From an uncultured Candidatus Saccharibacteria bacterium (lineage in GTDB: Bacteria; Patescibacteriota; WWE3; UBA101185; UBA10185), in contig CAZEBU010000002.1 in the NCBI GenBank assembly GCA_964510435.1, forward strand, positions 5,458 through 69,457: a stretch of DNA of 64,000 nt. The letters run 5' to 3'. The notes beneath the pieces are model-generated. The model saw nothing but the letters and a program-made list of their open reading frames with translations. It searched no databases and was not told the origin of the DNA. The translations under genes and the position numbers were made by a program. Within the stretch, counting starts at the first letter, position 1. The number at the start of each line of letters is the position of its first letter. Of this stretch, positions 46,859-58,569 are shown in pieces.

Positions 46859-47179
46859 CTACATCTTTATTGAAATACCTACACCTGCAGGCAAGTTCAA
46901 TCTAGATAGGCTATCTACTGTTGAGCTAGTTGGATTAATGACATCTATCACTCTCTTGTGTGTCCTTAACTCAAACTGCTCTCTTGATCTCTTATCAATA
47001 TGGGGACCTCTAATAACAGTGAACCTTTCTTTTCTTGTAGGCAGCGGTATGGGACCAACAACCTTTGCTCCTGTTCTAATCACCGTATCCACTATTTTGG
47101 AGCAACTTAGATCCATGACCCTACTGTCATACGAATTTAGCTTTATTCTAATTTTTATATCCTTCTGTTCTTTAGCCAT
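46859..47179 (-). CDS. rpsJ: 30S ribosomal protein S10
   Basis: Length is 106 aa with N-terminus [14 protein letters not shown]. It is separated from rplC by a 198-nt untranslated spacer. Confidence 0.95.
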   Translation of the reverse strand: MAKEQKDIKIRIKLNSYDSRVMDLSCSKIVDTVIRTGAKVVGPIPLPTRKERFTVIRGPHIDKRSREQFELRTHKRVIDVINPTSSTVDSLSRLNLPAGVGISIKM

Positions 47180-47193
47180 CGCCGTTCATAGAG

Positions 47194-47216
47194 AGGGCGC
47201 TGCATAGCAGCGCCCT
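47194..47216. other. Perfect 10-bp GC-rich hairpin (AGGGCGCTGC-ATA-GCAGCGCCCT) between the tuf stop and the rpsJ start
   Basis: It sits 19 nt after the tuf TAA and 14 nt before the rpsJ ATG. On the plus strand it is followed by TTCCTTTT. On the transcribed minus strand it is followed by CUCUAU. Confidence 0.5.
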
Positions 47217-47235
47217 TTCCTTTTAAAAAACCAGG

Positions 47236-48414
47236 TTATGAAATTACTTTTGTAATAACTCCAGCCCCAACAGTATGTCCGCCTTCTCTGACAGCAAACT
47301 TTAGACCCTCTTCTAGGGCAACGGGAGTGATCAACTTTACCGTCATGTTAACATCGTCACCCGGCATTACCATTTCTACTCCCTCAGGAAGTGTAATACT
47401 TCCCGTAACATCAGTGGTCCTCAGGTAAAACTGGGGTCTGTAACCACTGAAGAACTGTTTATGCCTCCCACCCTCTTCTTTTGAGAGAACATAGACTTGG
47501 GCTTCAAACTCCATATGTGGTGTAATGCTCCCGGGTTTTGCTAAAACTTGCCCTCTTTCTATGTCTTCCCTATCGATCCCTCTTAGCAAAATACCCACAT
47601 TGTCACCCGCTTGACCTTCTTTAAGTTGCTTTCTAAACATTTCCACGCCCGTAACCACTGTCTTCTGGGTATCTCTAATGCCTACAATTTCCACTTCCTC
47701 ATTTAAGGCAACTTTTCCTCTTTCTATTCTTCCAGTGGCTACAGTTCCTCTGCCCTTAATGGAAAAGACATCTTCCACAGGCATTAAAAATGGTTTATCA
47801 AGTTCCCTATCAGGAGTAGGGATATATTCGTCAACAGCATCCATAAGCTCGATGATTGATTTTTTTGCCTCTTCGTCTCCTTCAAGCGCTTTAAGAGCAC
47901 TTCCCTTGATAATAGGGATCTCATCACCCGGGAAACCATATTTGGTCAACAATTCCCTAACTTCCAGTTCCACAAGATCCAGAATTTCATCATCCTGCAC
48001 CATGTCTACTTTGTTCATATAAACTACCATGGCTGGCACATTGACTTGTTTAGCCAACAAGATATGCTCTCTGGTCTGAGGCATGGGTCCATCCGGAGCG
48101 GAAACTACCAAAACAGCACCATCTACTTGCGCGGCGCCGGTGATCATGTTTTTAATGTAGTCAGCATGACCCGGACAGTCAATGTGCGCATAGTGCCGTT
48201 TTTCGGTTTCGTACTCTACGTGGGTAATATTGATAGTGATGCCTCTTTCTTTTTCCTCAGGCGCTTTATCAATATCCTCAAATTTATAAAATTCTGCTAG
48301 CCCTTTTTCTGATAATACTTTTGTAATAGCTGCAGTTAAGGTTGTTTTACCATGGTCAACATGTCCGATGGTCCCTATGTTGATATGCGGCTTTGTTCTT
48401 TGAAATTCAGCCAT
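47236..48414 (-). CDS. tuf: Elongation factor Tu
   Basis: GHVDHGKTT and DCPGHADY are present. Length is 392 aa. Confidence 0.98.
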   Translation of the reverse strand: MAEFQRTKPHINIGTIGHVDHGKTTLTAAITKVLSEKGLAEFYKFEDIDKAPEEKERGITINITHVEYETEKRHYAHIDCPGHADYIKNMITGAAQVDGAVLVVSAPDGPMPQTREHILLAKQVNVPAMVVYMNKVDMVQDDEILDLVELEVRELLTKYGFPGDEIPIIKGSALKALEGDEEAKKSIIELMDAVDEYIPTPDRELDKPFLMPVEDVFSIKGRGTVATGRIERGKVALNEEVEIVGIRDTQKTVVTGVEMFRKQLKEGQAGDNVGILLRGIDREDIERGQVLAKPGSITPHMEFEAQVYVLSKEEGGRHKQFFSGYRPQFYLRTTDVTGSITLPEGVEMVMPGDDVNMTVKLITPVALEEGLKFAVREGGHTVGAGVITKVIS

Positions 48415-48498
48415 TTTTTTCCTTTCAAATTAATTAACTAATTATTTATTCCTATTAAAATTTTAGCAGAGGTAGTTAACCAAGAAAAGCGATTAAAA

Positions 48499-50586
48499 TC
48501 AAGACCTTCCTTTGACGATCTCCTCTGTTATCTGAGCTGGTACTTCCTCGTAGTGACTTGGTTCCATTGTAAAAGAGGCTCTGCCTTGCGTAAGACCCCT
48601 TATTTCCGTGGCATAGCCAAACATTTCACCCAATGGAACTTTCACTTGAATGATAGTTGCCTGACCTTCAGATTTTGTTTGCTCTATTTTTCCCCTTTTC
48701 CCGGAAATATTTCCTATGATATCACCCATAAATTCTTCAGGTGCCACAACCTCTAAATTCATAATAGGTTCGATCAAATAAGTATCTGCCTTTTTCTGTG
48801 CCTCCCTAAAAGCTCCAATAGCAGCTAACTTGAAAGCCAGTTCAGAAGAATCCACCTCATGGAATGAGCCATCATACAAAGAAACTTTTATGTCCGTCAC
48901 GGGATAACCCGCAACACTACCACTTTCAGCAGCTTCTTTAATACCCTTTTCTACGCCGGGAATAAATTCTTTGGGAATAGCTCCGCGCACAATTTTATTA
49001 GCAAACTCCAAACCTTTTCCTCTCGGTAAAGGTTCCATAGTAATAAGAACGTGACCGTACTGCCCACGTCCACCCGACTGTCTGATATACTTGTTTTCTG
49101 CATTAACCTTCTGACGTACGGTTTCTCTATAAGCAACCTGTGGTTTTCCAGTGTTGATCTCTACATCAAATTCCCTTTTCATGCGATCAACAATTATCTC
49201 CAGATGAAGTTCTCCCATACCATACAAGAGAGTTTCTCCAGTCTCCTGATTTGTTTTCATTTTTAAAGTGGGATCTTCCTCTAAAAATTTCTTGATAACT
49301 TCTCCCATTTTATCTCTATCACCTTTTGTTTTTGGTTCGACTACAACTCCGATAACAGGCTCGGCAAAAGTAATTGATTCCAGTAAAATCCGGTTGCTTT
49401 CGTCACAAAGCGTATCTCCGGTAGTGGTGTCACTCAAACCTATAATTGCACCTATTTCACCCGCTTTTATTTTCTTGATTTCCTCCCGGTGATTGGCATG
49501 CATGAGTAGTATCCTTCCCACTCTTTCTTTTTTGTTTTTCGTAGTATTCATTACGTATGACCCTGCATCTAAAATGCCGGCGTAAACCCTGATATATGTG
49601 AGCCTCCCCACATACGGGTCGGTCTGGATCTTAAAAGCCAAAGCAGCAAGAGGCTCCTCCACAGTCTCATCTAAAACGTACTTTTCTCCGTCAGAAATCC
49701 TTGTTCCCACCACGTTAGCCACATCCAAGGGAGCGGGTAAATAATTAATCACTGAATCTAAAACATACTGAGCAGGTACGCCACGACCATCACCTCCGAT
49801 AACAGGGAAGAAGTTTGCCGACAAGGTAGCTTTTCTAAGGCACATGGCAATCTCTTCCTCAGTGAGTTTTTCGTCGTTTAAGAACTTTTCCATCATGGCT
49901 TCATCGTACTCCACGACAGCCTCGATCAGTTTTTGTCGTAATTCTTGTGCCTTCTCAAGCAAATCCTCCGGAACCTCTTCTTCAACCAACTCATCCTGTT
50001 TAATTTCCGTGTATACATAGGCTTTCATTTTTATTAGATCTACATTCCCTCTCAGATCCTTTTCGAAACCGATAGGTAAAAATATAGGGTGGGCATTTGG
50101 CGATAGCTTTTGCCTAATGGACTCAATACTTTTTTCAAGATCCCCACCTACTTGATTGATCTTGTTCACAAAACAGATTCTTGGGACTCCATACTTGTTT
50201 GCTTGCCTCCAAACTGTCTCGGATTGTGGTTCAACTCCCATTTTCCCGTCGAAAACAACAACAGCACCATCCAAAACGCGTAAGGACCTTTCAACTTCAG
50301 CTGTAAAGTCTACATGTCCGGGAGTATCAATAATATTAATGCGGTAATTATTCCAATAACAAGTAGTTGCTGCGCTGGTTATAGTAATACCTCTCTCTCG
50401 TTCTTGTTCCATCCAATCCATTTGGGTATCTCCTGTGTGTACTTCCCCTATTTTATGAGTTTTTCCGGTGTAGTAGAGAATACTCTCCGTAGTTGTGGTC
50501 TTGCCGGCATCGATATGGGCAATAATACCAATATTGCGTATTTTATCCATAGAATATTCTTCCTGTGTGGTGCTGCTTTCAGTCAT
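48499..50586 (-). CDS. fusA: Elongation factor G
   Basis: AHIDAGKTT and DTPGHVDF are present. Length is 695 aa. Confidence 0.98.
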   Translation of the reverse strand: MTESSTTQEEYSMDKIRNIGIIAHIDAGKTTTTESILYYTGKTHKIGEVHTGDTQMDWMEQERERGITITSAATTCYWNNYRINIIDTPGHVDFTAEVERSLRVLDGAVVVFDGKMGVEPQSETVWRQANKYGVPRICFVNKINQVGGDLEKSIESIRQKLSPNAHPIFLPIGFEKDLRGNVDLIKMKAYVYTEIKQDELVEEEVPEDLLEKAQELRQKLIEAVVEYDEAMMEKFLNDEKLTEEEIAMCLRKATLSANFFPVIGGDGRGVPAQYVLDSVINYLPAPLDVANVVGTRISDGEKYVLDETVEEPLAALAFKIQTDPYVGRLTYIRVYAGILDAGSYVMNTTKNKKERVGRILLMHANHREEIKKIKAGEIGAIIGLSDTTTGDTLCDESNRILLESITFAEPVIGVVVEPKTKGDRDKMGEVIKKFLEEDPTLKMKTNQETGETLLYGMGELHLEIIVDRMKREFDVEINTGKPQVAYRETVRQKVNAENKYIRQSGGRGQYGHVLITMEPLPRGKGLEFANKIVRGAIPKEFIPGVEKGIKEAAESGSVAGYPVTDIKVSLYDGSFHEVDSSELAFKLAAIGAFREAQKKADTYLIEPIMNLEVVAPEEFMGDIIGNISGKRGKIEQTKSEGQATIIQVKVPLGEMFGYATEIRGLTQGRASFTMEPSHYEEVPAQITEEIVKGRS

Positions 50587-50589
50587 ACG

Positions 50590-51057
50590 TTAAAACCGTG
50601 CAAAATGTGCAAATGCCCTATTTGCCTCGGCAACCTTGTGTATTTCGCTTCGTTTTCTCACTGCGTCTCCCAACCCCTCACTTGCATCCTTAAGTTCTTT
50701 GTGCAGTCTTACTACCATATCAGTACCTTGTTTGCTTCTAGCAGCTCGAACAAGCCACCTTACAGCCAAAGCCTCCGCACGATCATATTTAAGCGGGTAT
50801 GGTACTTGATAGGTTGCGCCTCCAACTCTTCGTGACCTCACCTCCTGAGAAGGCATAACATTTTTTACTGCCTGTTCGAAGGCCTTCAGAGAGTCCTTTC
50901 TGTCATCAGCCAACTTTTCCATAGCACCGTAAACTATATTTCTAGCCGTGCTTTTCTTACCACCAAGCATAACTACATTAATCATTCGCGTAACTATTTT
51001 GGATTTATAAATGGGATCCGGTACTATTGGTCTTTTTTTTGCTCTCTTGGATCTCAT
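50590..51057 (-). CDS. rpsG: 30S ribosomal protein S7
   Basis: Length is 155 aa. There is an ATGA overlap with rpsL. Confidence 0.95.
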   Translation of the reverse strand: MRSKRAKKRPIVPDPIYKSKIVTRMINVVMLGGKKSTARNIVYGAMEKLADDRKDSLKAFEQAVKNVMPSQEVRSRRVGGATYQVPYPLKYDRAEALAVRWLVRAARSKQGTDMVVRLHKELKDASEGLGDAVRKRSEIHKVAEANRAFAHFARF

Positions 51058-51464
51058 GTCTCTCTCTTGGCGCCATATATTGAGCGTGAACTTTTTCTAC
51101 CTTCTACACCTGTTAGATCATATACTCCTCTCACAATAGTATATTTGATTCCGGGAAGATCATTAACTTTACCGCCTCTGACCAAAACCACTGAGTGCTC
51201 TTGAAGGCCGTGACCTTCCCCCGGTATATATGCTGTAACCTCCTGTCTATTGGATAATCTTACCCGAGCCACTTTTCTCAAAGCAGAGTTAGGTTTCTTA
51301 GGAGTTTGTGTCATCACCTGCAAACATACCCCTCTTTTATACGGTGATCTAACATTCTCATACTTCCTTTTCTTGGAATTATAAATCTCCCCCATAGCCG
51401 GAGTTTTTACCTTTTTTGTTTTTCGTTTTCTGCCTTTTCTTATTAATTGGTTTACTGTTGGCAT
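51054..51464 (-). CDS. rpsL: 30S ribosomal protein S12
   Basis: The N-terminus is [13 protein letters not shown]. Confidence 0.95.
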   Translation of the reverse strand: MPTVNQLIRKGRKRKTKKVKTPAMGEIYNSKKRKYENVRSPYKRGVCLQVMTQTPKKPNSALRKVARVRLSNRQEVTAYIPGEGHGLQEHSVVLVRGGKVNDLPGIKYTIVRGVYDLTGVEGRKSSRSIYGAKRET

Positions 51465-51468
51465 AATT

Positions 51469-54400
51469 TTACTCTAATCTTGCATTTTCACCGGTTGGAA
51501 TTAGCCTTCCAATAATAACATTTTCCTTAAGCCCAAGTAACGAGTCGACTTTACCAGACGAGGCCGCATCGGTCAACACATTACTGGTCATAATAAACGA
51601 AGCTGCAGCTAAAAAGCTATCGCTTATGAGAGAGGATTTAGTAATTCCTAATAAATGCATTTCTGCTACCGCTGGTTCTCCACCTTCCGCTAAAATTTTC
51701 TCATTACCCTCCAAAAAACTGTCCTTAGACACTTTTTCGTCAATTAAAAATTCTGTGTCTCCGCTTTCTGCTATACGTACGTTCTTAAACATCTGCTTGA
51801 CTATGACCTCAATATGTTTGTCATTCAAACTAACTCCTTGCGAAGCATAAACTTTTTGAATTTCGTCAATAATATACTTCTGCGTATCCCAAGCACCAAC
51901 AACAGTTAGTAGATCTCTTAGATCCAAATGCCCCGAAGTAAGCTTGTCACCCTTTTTAACCTTATCTTCATCTTCAACTAAGATTTCCGATAATGGGTCC
52001 ACCAGGTATTCGACGACGGTTTCCTTTTCCTCGCTATCTACCCCTGCCACTAAAATTCTTCTTTCGTCGCCTGAAACGTGTAGTTTTACTTTACCGTCAA
52101 GCTCGCACATAGTAGCTAAAAATTTTGGTGTTCTTGCCTCTACTAGCTCTTCTACTCTTGGTAGACCTTGTGTTATATCTTTTCCGGCTAAACCACCCGT
52201 ATGGAATGTCCTCATAGTAAGCTGTGTTCCCGGCTCTCCGATGGACTGCGCAGCAGCAACACCAACGGCTGTACCTATTTTAACTTCCTTCCCACTCATC
52301 AAGTCCATACCATAACATTTTGGGCAAATACCTCTGCTCGTTTCACATCCTAACGGAGACCTGATCATTATTTCCTCCACACCTAGTTTTTCTATTTCAG
52401 CAATATCTTCATCTTCCAGCAAGGTACCGGCTTTAATAACAATTTTTTTCTTAGCTTTAACAGCCTCCGATAAATACCTTCCTCTGACTCTGCTAGCAAA
52501 ATCCTGTAACATAGTGCCTTCCCCAACCTTCATCTTTCTGCCGTTTTCCGTTTTACAATCTTCCTCTCTGACAATTACCTCCTGAGCTACATCAACAAGT
52601 CTCCTAGTCAAATAGCCTGCATCAGCAGTTTTTAGTCCTTTGTCAACCAATCCTTTTCTAGCACCACGAGCTCCAACAAAATACTCTAACCCCGATAATC
52701 CTAACTTGTAGTTACCCAACAGAGGCAATAAAACAGTCTTGCCGGTAGGATCGGCAACAAGACCCTTAATACCTGCAATTTGGTTAACTTGGCTACGAGA
52801 TGCTCTTGTAGATCCTGATTTAACAAGCACCTTCACCGGATTATCTTCCTCCAAGTTGTCCCACACTCTTTCGCTTATATCATCTACAACTTTGTACCAG
52901 GCATCCTCAGTTAATCGTGTAGCTTCTTGGGAGGTGATCAAACCTCTCTTAAAGTTCCTATCAACATCACGAACGGCCGTTCTTCCCCGTTCAATTATCT
53001 CCTCTGTTCCCTTAGGGATCTGTATATCCGATAAAGCTACTGATTGTCCTGATATGGTGCCGTATTTAAATCCTAAATCCTTTAAGTCATCGATCAGTCC
53101 CACAACTACCTCAGTTGATTCTGTAGCAAATGCTCTGGAAAGAAGAACGGTGACATTTTTCTTATCCATGTCCTCATTCATAAAACCATACGATTCAGGT
53201 ATCACCTTATTGAACATAACTCTACCTGGAGTTGTCTCTATGATCTCACCATCTATATTTACTTTGGCTTTTTGTTTTAATCCAACCAATCTGTTTACAT
53301 TCATAGCAAATAACAATTCATTTTCATCCGAAAAGACTCCTTCGTACGTTTTTAGATCACTATCGATGGTAGTCATAAAGTAAATTCCATAAAGCATTAT
53401 TTTCGTTGGAATGGACATAGGAGATCCGTTGGAAGGGTTCAATAAATTATTGGTGGAAATAACCACAGTTTTTGCTTCCTCAATGGCTTCTTTAGACAAA
53501 GGAACGTGCACTGCCATCTGATCGCCGTCGAAATCAGCATTAAATCCGGAACAAACACATAAATGCAATCTGATGGAGTTTCCTTCAATTAACTTGGGGT
53601 AAAATGCCTGGATACCCAATCTCCACAAAGTAGGGGCTCTGTTAAGTAAAACGGGGTGTCCCTCCACAACATTCTCTAGAATATCCCAAACTTCCGGACT
53701 TCGTTGCTCTAAATAATATTTAGCACTTTTAACGTTGGGTGCGTAGCCTTTAGCTAATATGTCCCTAAGTATATACGGTTTAAATAATTCCAAAGCCATT
53801 TCCTTGGGAATTCCACAAGTATCTAATTTTAGAGTAGGACCATTAATAATGACCGCACGTCCGGAGTAATCAACTCTTTTACCTAGTAAATTGAGTCTAA
53901 AGGTGCCCTGCTTACCCTTGATCATGTCCGCCAACGATCTCAATTCTTTTTTCCCCCTAGACACTCTGGCTCTTTGTCTTTGTTTAGAAGAATCAAACAA
54001 TGCATCAACCGCCTCTTGCAACATTCTTTTCTCATTTCTAACAATAATTTCCGGCGCACCTAAGTCCAGTAGCCTTTTTAATCTACTATTTCTATTGATC
54101 ACTCTTCTGTAAAGATCATTAAGGTCAGCGGTGGCAAATCTTCCCCCCTCTAATTGCACCATAGGTCTCAGATCGGGAGGGATAACAGGAATAACATCGA
54201 TGATCATATTACTGGGCGGTATAGACGCTCTTCTAAATTGTTCTACAACTTTTAGTCTTTTAGCAATTTTTATAGCTTTCTGGCCTTTAGATTCATCGAG
54301 TTGATCACGTAATTCTAGTGATAGTTTATTAAGATCCATCTCCTCGAGAATTCCTTTTAGCGCCTGGGCACCGATTTCCAATCTACAAAACTTATCTAAA

Positions 54401-55143
54401 TACCCATGTAGGCTAAGATATTCATTTTCATAGAGAACCGTAAATAATTCGATGCTCTCAATTTTTTTTAGTATCAATTTAAAAGTGGCATCCTGCTCAA
54501 TCATTTTCTCTTCATAAACACTCCTAACTGCTTGTACACTCTGTTTCTGCTTGAACTCTTTTTCCTGGTCTTTTAGATCATCACCACCTTTGCCTCCTTT
54601 TTTAAATTCCTTTTCCACCTCTTTTATTTTTTCTTCCATTTCTTTTTCTAAAATGAGTCTTGATTTTTCATGATCTTTTTCGACCGTGCTGATCGCCTCG
54701 GCTTTTTTGGAACCGTCAATTTCCGTAACGATAAATGCCGAAAAATATATTACAGACTCAACGTTTCTAGGTGTTACGTTTAACATCAAGGCCATTTTTG
54801 AGGGAATTCCCCTAAATAACCACACATGAGCTACCGGCGACGCAAGTTTAATATGCCCCATTCTATCCCTTCTGACCCTAGAAGTAGTTACTTGTACTCC
54901 ACATTTATCACAAATAACATCTTTGTACCTTATTCCCTTGTATTTTCCACAATAACATTCATAATTTTTCTGAGGCCCAAAAATTCTCTCATCAAACAAA
55001 CCATCTCTTTCCGCTTTGAAAGTCCTGTAGTTAATTGTCTCCGGTTTGGTAATTTCACCATACGACCAAGACAAGATCTCTTTACTATCAGCGAGGTAGA
55101 TCTTAATGGCGTCGAATTTTTTCAGACTGGCTAAATCTTTCAT
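51469..55143 (-). CDS. rpoC: DNA-directed RNA polymerase subunit beta'
   Basis: Length is 1224 aa. The [14 protein letters not shown] catalytic loop and a Zn-binding N-terminus are present. Confidence 0.98.
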   Translation of the reverse strand: MKDLASLKKFDAIKIYLADSKEILSWSYGEITKPETINYRTFKAERDGLFDERIFGPQKNYECYCGKYKGIRYKDVICDKCGVQVTTSRVRRDRMGHIKLASPVAHVWLFRGIPSKMALMLNVTPRNVESVIYFSAFIVTEIDGSKKAEAISTVEKDHEKSRLILEKEMEEKIKEVEKEFKKGGKGGDDLKDQEKEFKQKQSVQAVRSVYEEKMIEQDATFKLILKKIESIELFTVLYENEYLSLHGYLDKFCRLEIGAQALKGILEEMDLNKLSLELRDQLDESKGQKAIKIAKRLKVVEQFRRASIPPSNMIIDVIPVIPPDLRPMVQLEGGRFATADLNDLYRRVINRNSRLKRLLDLGAPEIIVRNEKRMLQEAVDALFDSSKQRQRARVSRGKKELRSLADMIKGKQGTFRLNLLGKRVDYSGRAVIINGPTLKLDTCGIPKEMALELFKPYILRDILAKGYAPNVKSAKYYLEQRSPEVWDILENVVEGHPVLLNRAPTLWRLGIQAFYPKLIEGNSIRLHLCVCSGFNADFDGDQMAVHVPLSKEAIEEAKTVVISTNNLLNPSNGSPMSIPTKIMLYGIYFMTTIDSDLKTYEGVFSDENELLFAMNVNRLVGLKQKAKVNIDGEIIETTPGRVMFNKVIPESYGFMNEDMDKKNVTVLLSRAFATESTEVVVGLIDDLKDLGFKYGTISGQSVALSDIQIPKGTEEIIERGRTAVRDVDRNFKRGLITSQEATRLTEDAWYKVVDDISERVWDNLEEDNPVKVLVKSGSTRASRSQVNQIAGIKGLVADPTGKTVLLPLLGNYKLGLSGLEYFVGARGARKGLVDKGLKTADAGYLTRRLVDVAQEVIVREEDCKTENGRKMKVGEGTMLQDFASRVRGRYLSEAVKAKKKIVIKAGTLLEDEDIAEIEKLGVEEIMIRSPLGCETSRGICPKCYGMDLMSGKEVKIGTAVGVAAAQSIGEPGTQLTMRTFHTGGLAGKDITQGLPRVEELVEARTPKFLATMCELDGKVKLHVSGDERRILVAGVDSEEKETVVEYLVDPLSEILVEDEDKVKKGDKLTSGHLDLRDLLTVVGAWDTQKYIIDEIQKVYASQGVSLNDKHIEVIVKQMFKNVRIAESGDTEFLIDEKVSKDSFLEGNEKILAEGGEPAVAEMHLLGITKSSLISDSFLAAASFIMTSNVLTDAASSGKVDSLLGLKENVIIGRLIPTGENARLE

Positions 55144-55144
55144 A

Positions 55145-58100
55145 TTATTTCTCTAGCTCCTGCAAATTTTCGTCAATTTTCTCTCCAGTTTCCTCTTTTT
55201 CTTCTGTTTTCTCTGCTACTCCTTTAGTTTCAGTCAAAAAAATAGGTTTGATGCCTATTCCCAGACCATTAAGCTGCCTTACCAGCAATTTGAAGGTTTC
55301 GGGTATTGTAGGTTCGGGTATTTCCGTACCTTGAATAATGGAACTATACGCCTTAGTTCTGCCTATTAGATCATCGGACTTTATGGTTATCATTTCATTT
55401 AATATATGCGCTGCCCCATAAGACTCTAGTGCCCAAACCTCCATTTCCCCAAACCTCTGTCCACCAAATTGCGCCTTACCACCCAGCGGCTGCTGGGTAA
55501 TCAACGAGTACGGCCCAGTGGACCGTGCGTGCATTTTTTCTTCGCTCATATGGACTAGTTTTAAAATATAGGTATTCCCAACAATAATTTCGTCATGAAA
55601 ATATTCCCCTGTCCTACCATCCACAAGTTTCATTTTTCCGCTTTTAGGTAATCCCGCTGCCGTTAATTCTTTTTGGATATCCTCCTCCGGAATGGATTGC
55701 AGTAAAGGTACCTCATACTTCTTATTCAGAATTTTTCCTGCCATACCCAGCGGAGCTTCAATGATCTGACCCACATTCATTCTCTTAAGAACTGCTTCTG
55801 AGGAAAAAATAATATCTACTGTTGATCCATCAGGCAACATGGGCATATCAACTTCCGAGACGATGGCTGAGATAACACCTTTATTCCCATGTCTGCCGGC
55901 TAATTTATCTCCGATTTCTATCTTTTTCATCTGGGCAACGTAGACGCTTATTTCTTCCATTGTTCCTGCAGGAAGATCCTTATTTTCTTCCTTGGTTACT
56001 CTTTTAACCCCAATAACCACACCGTGCTGCCCATGGGGCATATACAAAGAATTATCTCTGACATCTTTGGCTTTTTCACCGAAGATGGCTCTTAAAAGTC
56101 TTTCTTCTGCTGATAGCTCAGCTTCTCCTTTAGGGGCAACTTTTCCTACTAAAATATCACCGGAATTCACTTTCGAGCCTACTGCTACCACACCCTCTTC
56201 ATCAAGATTCCTCAAACTATCTTCAGCGACGTTAGGGATATCTCTAGTGATTTCTTCAGGTCCCAATTTAGTTTCCAAAACAGGTAGAGAATGATCAGAG
56301 ATGTGTATGGAGGTAAAAACATCATCTTTAACCAGGCGGTCCGATATAACAATGCCATCCTCAAATTCGTATCCCTCCCAAATCATATAAGCTACCCTGA
56401 CGTTCGCGCCAATAGCAATATCACCATCTTCGGAAGAGGGACCTTCAATCAAAATGTCGCCCTTTTTAAACTTATCCCCGGATTTTACTCTCACATATTG
56501 ATTAAAACAGGTTTTAGTATTTGATTGCTGGAATTTAGTAGCCATATAGGTAGCTTTGCCTTCTTTTTTATATGTAACCTCAACTTTACCGGCATCCGCA
56601 TAAGTCACCTCACCGTTATCTTGGGCGGCAGTCACCGCATGGGAATTAAAGGCAATGTCCCTTTCTATTCCGGTACCCACAATGGGGGACTCGGGCTTAA
56701 CCAAAGGAACTGACTGGGACATTTGCTGGGTGCCCATTAGAGCTCTAGCTACATCATTATTTTGCAGGAAGGGAATCAATCCGGCACTAATACCAACAAT
56801 CTGTCTGGGCAACACTTCTATGTAATCAGCTAGTAAGACATCGCCTAAAACAAAGTCTCCAGCCCTTCGCAAAGGTATCTGGCTTTCCGTAATGTAATCC
56901 TTGTCATCTGTTTTCACCGAAGCGTCAGTGATATAAAAATTTTCCTCGTCATAGGCCGCCAAATAGACCACCTCATCGGTAATTCTAACTTTTCCGACTT
57001 TGCTTTTATCTAGTTTTAGATAAGGCGTCTCCACAAACCCGTAATTATTAACACGAGCATACATAGCTAAATAATTGATCAAACCGATATTAGGTCCCTC
57101 GGGTGTTCTTACCGGACATATTCGTCCAAAGGAAGAATAATGAACATCCCTCACAGCCATACTAGCGCGCTCTTTAGTTAAACCACCAGGACCCATCACC
57201 GAAAGCCTTCTTAAATGAGCTAAAGACGTCAACGGGTTTTGCTGGTCCTGAAACTGTGAAAGTTGCCCGGTGGCAAAAAAGCTATGAATGCTTGCAGCCA
57301 CCGCTCTGGGAGAAATTAATATCCCCGGCATAGGGAGTTCCTCTCTTGCCTGCATGGTCATCCTTTCCTTAATGTTCTTTTCCATTCTCAAAAACCCGAT
57401 CCTCATCTGCCATTGAAGTAATTCACCTACACGCTTAACCCTTCTATTAGCTAGGTTATCTACGTCACTTACTTCGCCAACACCATTATTCAGTTCAATA
57501 ATTCTCTTTACTATGGAGATCAAATCTTCTAACTGCAGTAATCTATGTTTTGGCTCATTGGGAAAATTATGTCCCAATTCTTGATTTAGCTTAAATCTTC
57601 CAACCTCCCCCAAACTATACCTACGGGTATTAAAAAACAACGCGTCTACATAGGCTTTGGCGTTTTCCAAAACTAAGGGCTCTCCCGGTCTCTGCTTTCT
57701 ATAAACCTCTAAACAAGCTTCGTCAAAGCTACTAGATGGGTCTTTTGAGAGCGTGCTTTCAATATAATTAATCTCCGGGTCAGTCTCTACATTCTCAAAT
57801 ACGTCTCTAATCTCATCATCAGTTTCCAATCCAAAAATTCTTAATAAGGTAGTGATACTCATTTTCCTTTTTCTGTCTATCTTTACATTAATAACTCCAC
57901 TTCTGGACGTTTCAATTTCCAGCCAAGCACCGTTTTTTGGTAGAACTTTAGCCCCTCCGAGGAACTGTCCCGTAACGGGAGATATGTCCCCAGTAAACAA
58001 CACACCTTCCGATCTAATAAGCTGATTGATTATTACCCTTTCAATACCGTTAATAATGAAAGTACCCCGGTCTGTCATCAGGGGTATATCACCCATATAT

Positions 58101-58399
58101 ATTTTTTGTTCCTTTTTTTTCCTGCTGAGAGTATCTTTAAGAGTGGTCTTTATATACCAAGAGGCATCATAAGTCCTACCTGAATGGATAGCATCTTCTA
58201 CAGATATGTTTTCTTTTTCGATTTCCGGATCTGATAAGACTAGGACCCACCCTCTACCGGAGTAATCCTCGATCACTCCAAGCTCATCAAGTATTTCCTT
58301 TATACCTTGCTTTAAGAACCAATCATACGACTCCAACTGCACATCCATCAGATTGGGTAAAGCAAGCTTCCTTTTTAGCTTCGAAAAAGAATGACGCAT
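55145..58399 (-). CDS. rpoB: DNA-directed RNA polymerase subunit beta (compact, 1084 aa)
   Basis: Conserved beta-subunit blocks are present. There is a 1-nt gap to rpoC. Confidence 0.98.
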   Translation of the reverse strand: MRHSFSKLKRKLALPNLMDVQLESYDWFLKQGIKEILDELGVIEDYSGRGWVLVLSDPEIEKENISVEDAIHSGRTYDASWYIKTTLKDTLSRKKKEQKIYMGDIPLMTDRGTFIINGIERVIINQLIRSEGVLFTGDISPVTGQFLGGAKVLPKNGAWLEIETSRSGVINVKIDRKRKMSITTLLRIFGLETDDEIRDVFENVETDPEINYIESTLSKDPSSSFDEACLEVYRKQRPGEPLVLENAKAYVDALFFNTRRYSLGEVGRFKLNQELGHNFPNEPKHRLLQLEDLISIVKRIIELNNGVGEVSDVDNLANRRVKRVGELLQWQMRIGFLRMEKNIKERMTMQAREELPMPGILISPRAVAASIHSFFATGQLSQFQDQQNPLTSLAHLRRLSVMGPGGLTKERASMAVRDVHYSSFGRICPVRTPEGPNIGLINYLAMYARVNNYGFVETPYLKLDKSKVGKVRITDEVVYLAAYDEENFYITDASVKTDDKDYITESQIPLRRAGDFVLGDVLLADYIEVLPRQIVGISAGLIPFLQNNDVARALMGTQQMSQSVPLVKPESPIVGTGIERDIAFNSHAVTAAQDNGEVTYADAGKVEVTYKKEGKATYMATKFQQSNTKTCFNQYVRVKSGDKFKKGDILIEGPSSEDGDIAIGANVRVAYMIWEGYEFEDGIVISDRLVKDDVFTSIHISDHSLPVLETKLGPEEITRDIPNVAEDSLRNLDEEGVVAVGSKVNSGDILVGKVAPKGEAELSAEERLLRAIFGEKAKDVRDNSLYMPHGQHGVVIGVKRVTKEENKDLPAGTMEEISVYVAQMKKIEIGDKLAGRHGNKGVISAIVSEVDMPMLPDGSTVDIIFSSEAVLKRMNVGQIIEAPLGMAGKILNKKYEVPLLQSIPEEDIQKELTAAGLPKSGKMKLVDGRTGEYFHDEIIVGNTYILKLVHMSEEKMHARSTGPYSLITQQPLGGKAQFGGQRFGEMEVWALESYGAAHILNEMITIKSDDLIGRTKAYSSIIQGTEIPEPTIPETFKLLVRQLNGLGIGIKPIFLTETKGVAEKTEEKEETGEKIDENLQELEK

Positions 58400-58423
58400 T
58401 TATAAAAAAGATAATAACTAGCC

Positions 58424-58494
58424 CCGTTTTTTGCCCTTTTATAAGAAAAAAGGGCAACGAAGCGTAAATTACCACGACAAATACACTATGTCAA
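58424..58494 (-). promoter_or_regulatory. rpoB promoter plus leader hairpin. The promoter reads TTGACA, 17-nt spacer, tgGTAATTT (extended -10). The hairpin reads GCCCTTTT-TTCTTAT-AAAAGGGC.
   Basis: Plus strand tgtcaa is at 58489-58494 and aaatta at 58466-58471, with cca immediately 3' on the plus strand (i.e. TGn upstream of the -10 on the minus strand). The hairpin is at 58424-58446. Confidence 0.45.
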
Positions 58495-58569
58495 CAACTT
58501 GTTCTACTCACTTTCCCGCTATGCGGGAAGAGAAGAAACCTAGGTTTCCAAACCGATAATTCTTCTTTT

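Noticed and set aside
47194-47230. Hairpin plus T-tract read as a plus-strand intrinsic terminator
   Set aside because: No plus-strand gene converges on this site. The only plus ORF here (46809..47207) is spurious. The structure is more likely to function on the minus-strand tuf-rpsJ transcript.
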